The position numbers and the translations under genes are program-made. Positions 36,203-36,277 of a DNA stretch of 36,277 nucleotides are shown in pieces (position 1 is the stretch's first letter; each line of letters begins with the position of its first letter). Source of the DNA: an uncultured archaeon (GTDB lineage Archaea; Asgardarchaeota; Lokiarchaeia; Sigyniarchaeales; SOKP01); assembly GCA_964493715.1 (NCBI GenBank), contig CAZBPC010000001.1:8006-44282 (forward strand), written 5' to 3'. The notes under the pieces were generated by a model. The model worked only from the letters and a program-made list of their open reading frames with translations, had not been told where the DNA came from and searched no databases.

Positions 36203-36277
36203 TCATATGGTTTAGACCATTCATATCTTTTTCAAAATCTTAATTAAGTAGATTATTATCTTTTAATTTACCTAATA

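Overview
This AT-rich window looks like ordinary chromosome from an Asgard archaeon, most likely Lokiarchaeia/Promethearchaeia. The assignment is inferred from gene content: a eukaryote-type actin-related protein, an MglA-type small GTPase, deoxyhypusine synthase, pyruvoyl-dependent arginine decarboxylase, a CofE-family ligase, a gyrBA pair and zinc-ribbon membrane proteins. I saw no rRNA, tRNA, CRISPR array or transposase. Main points of interest: (1) a tight co-oriented cluster (4.2-9.8 kb) of AbrB-ACT regulator, coiled-coil protein, divergent actin-related protein, helical+CHAT (caspase/separase-like) protein and coiled-coil+PLD-fold protein, where all three enzyme folds have lost canonical catalytic residues; (2) a 43-aa, 70% acidic microprotein missing from the ORF track (31472-31603), with a GGAGG site and WDD / DDDFEDF motifs reminiscent of Sem1/DSS1 and Arp2/3-activator acidic tails; (3) a 1,288-aa surface receptor with four repeats, each a lectin-like domain nested inside an Ig-like domain; (4) a gyrase carrying quinolone-resistance-type residues; (5) divergent folP/cofE and dhs/pdaD pairs suggesting non-canonical folate and polyamine chemistry; (6) a decayed copy of the GH3 5' end. 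All family calls come from motif recognition by eye; no searches were run.
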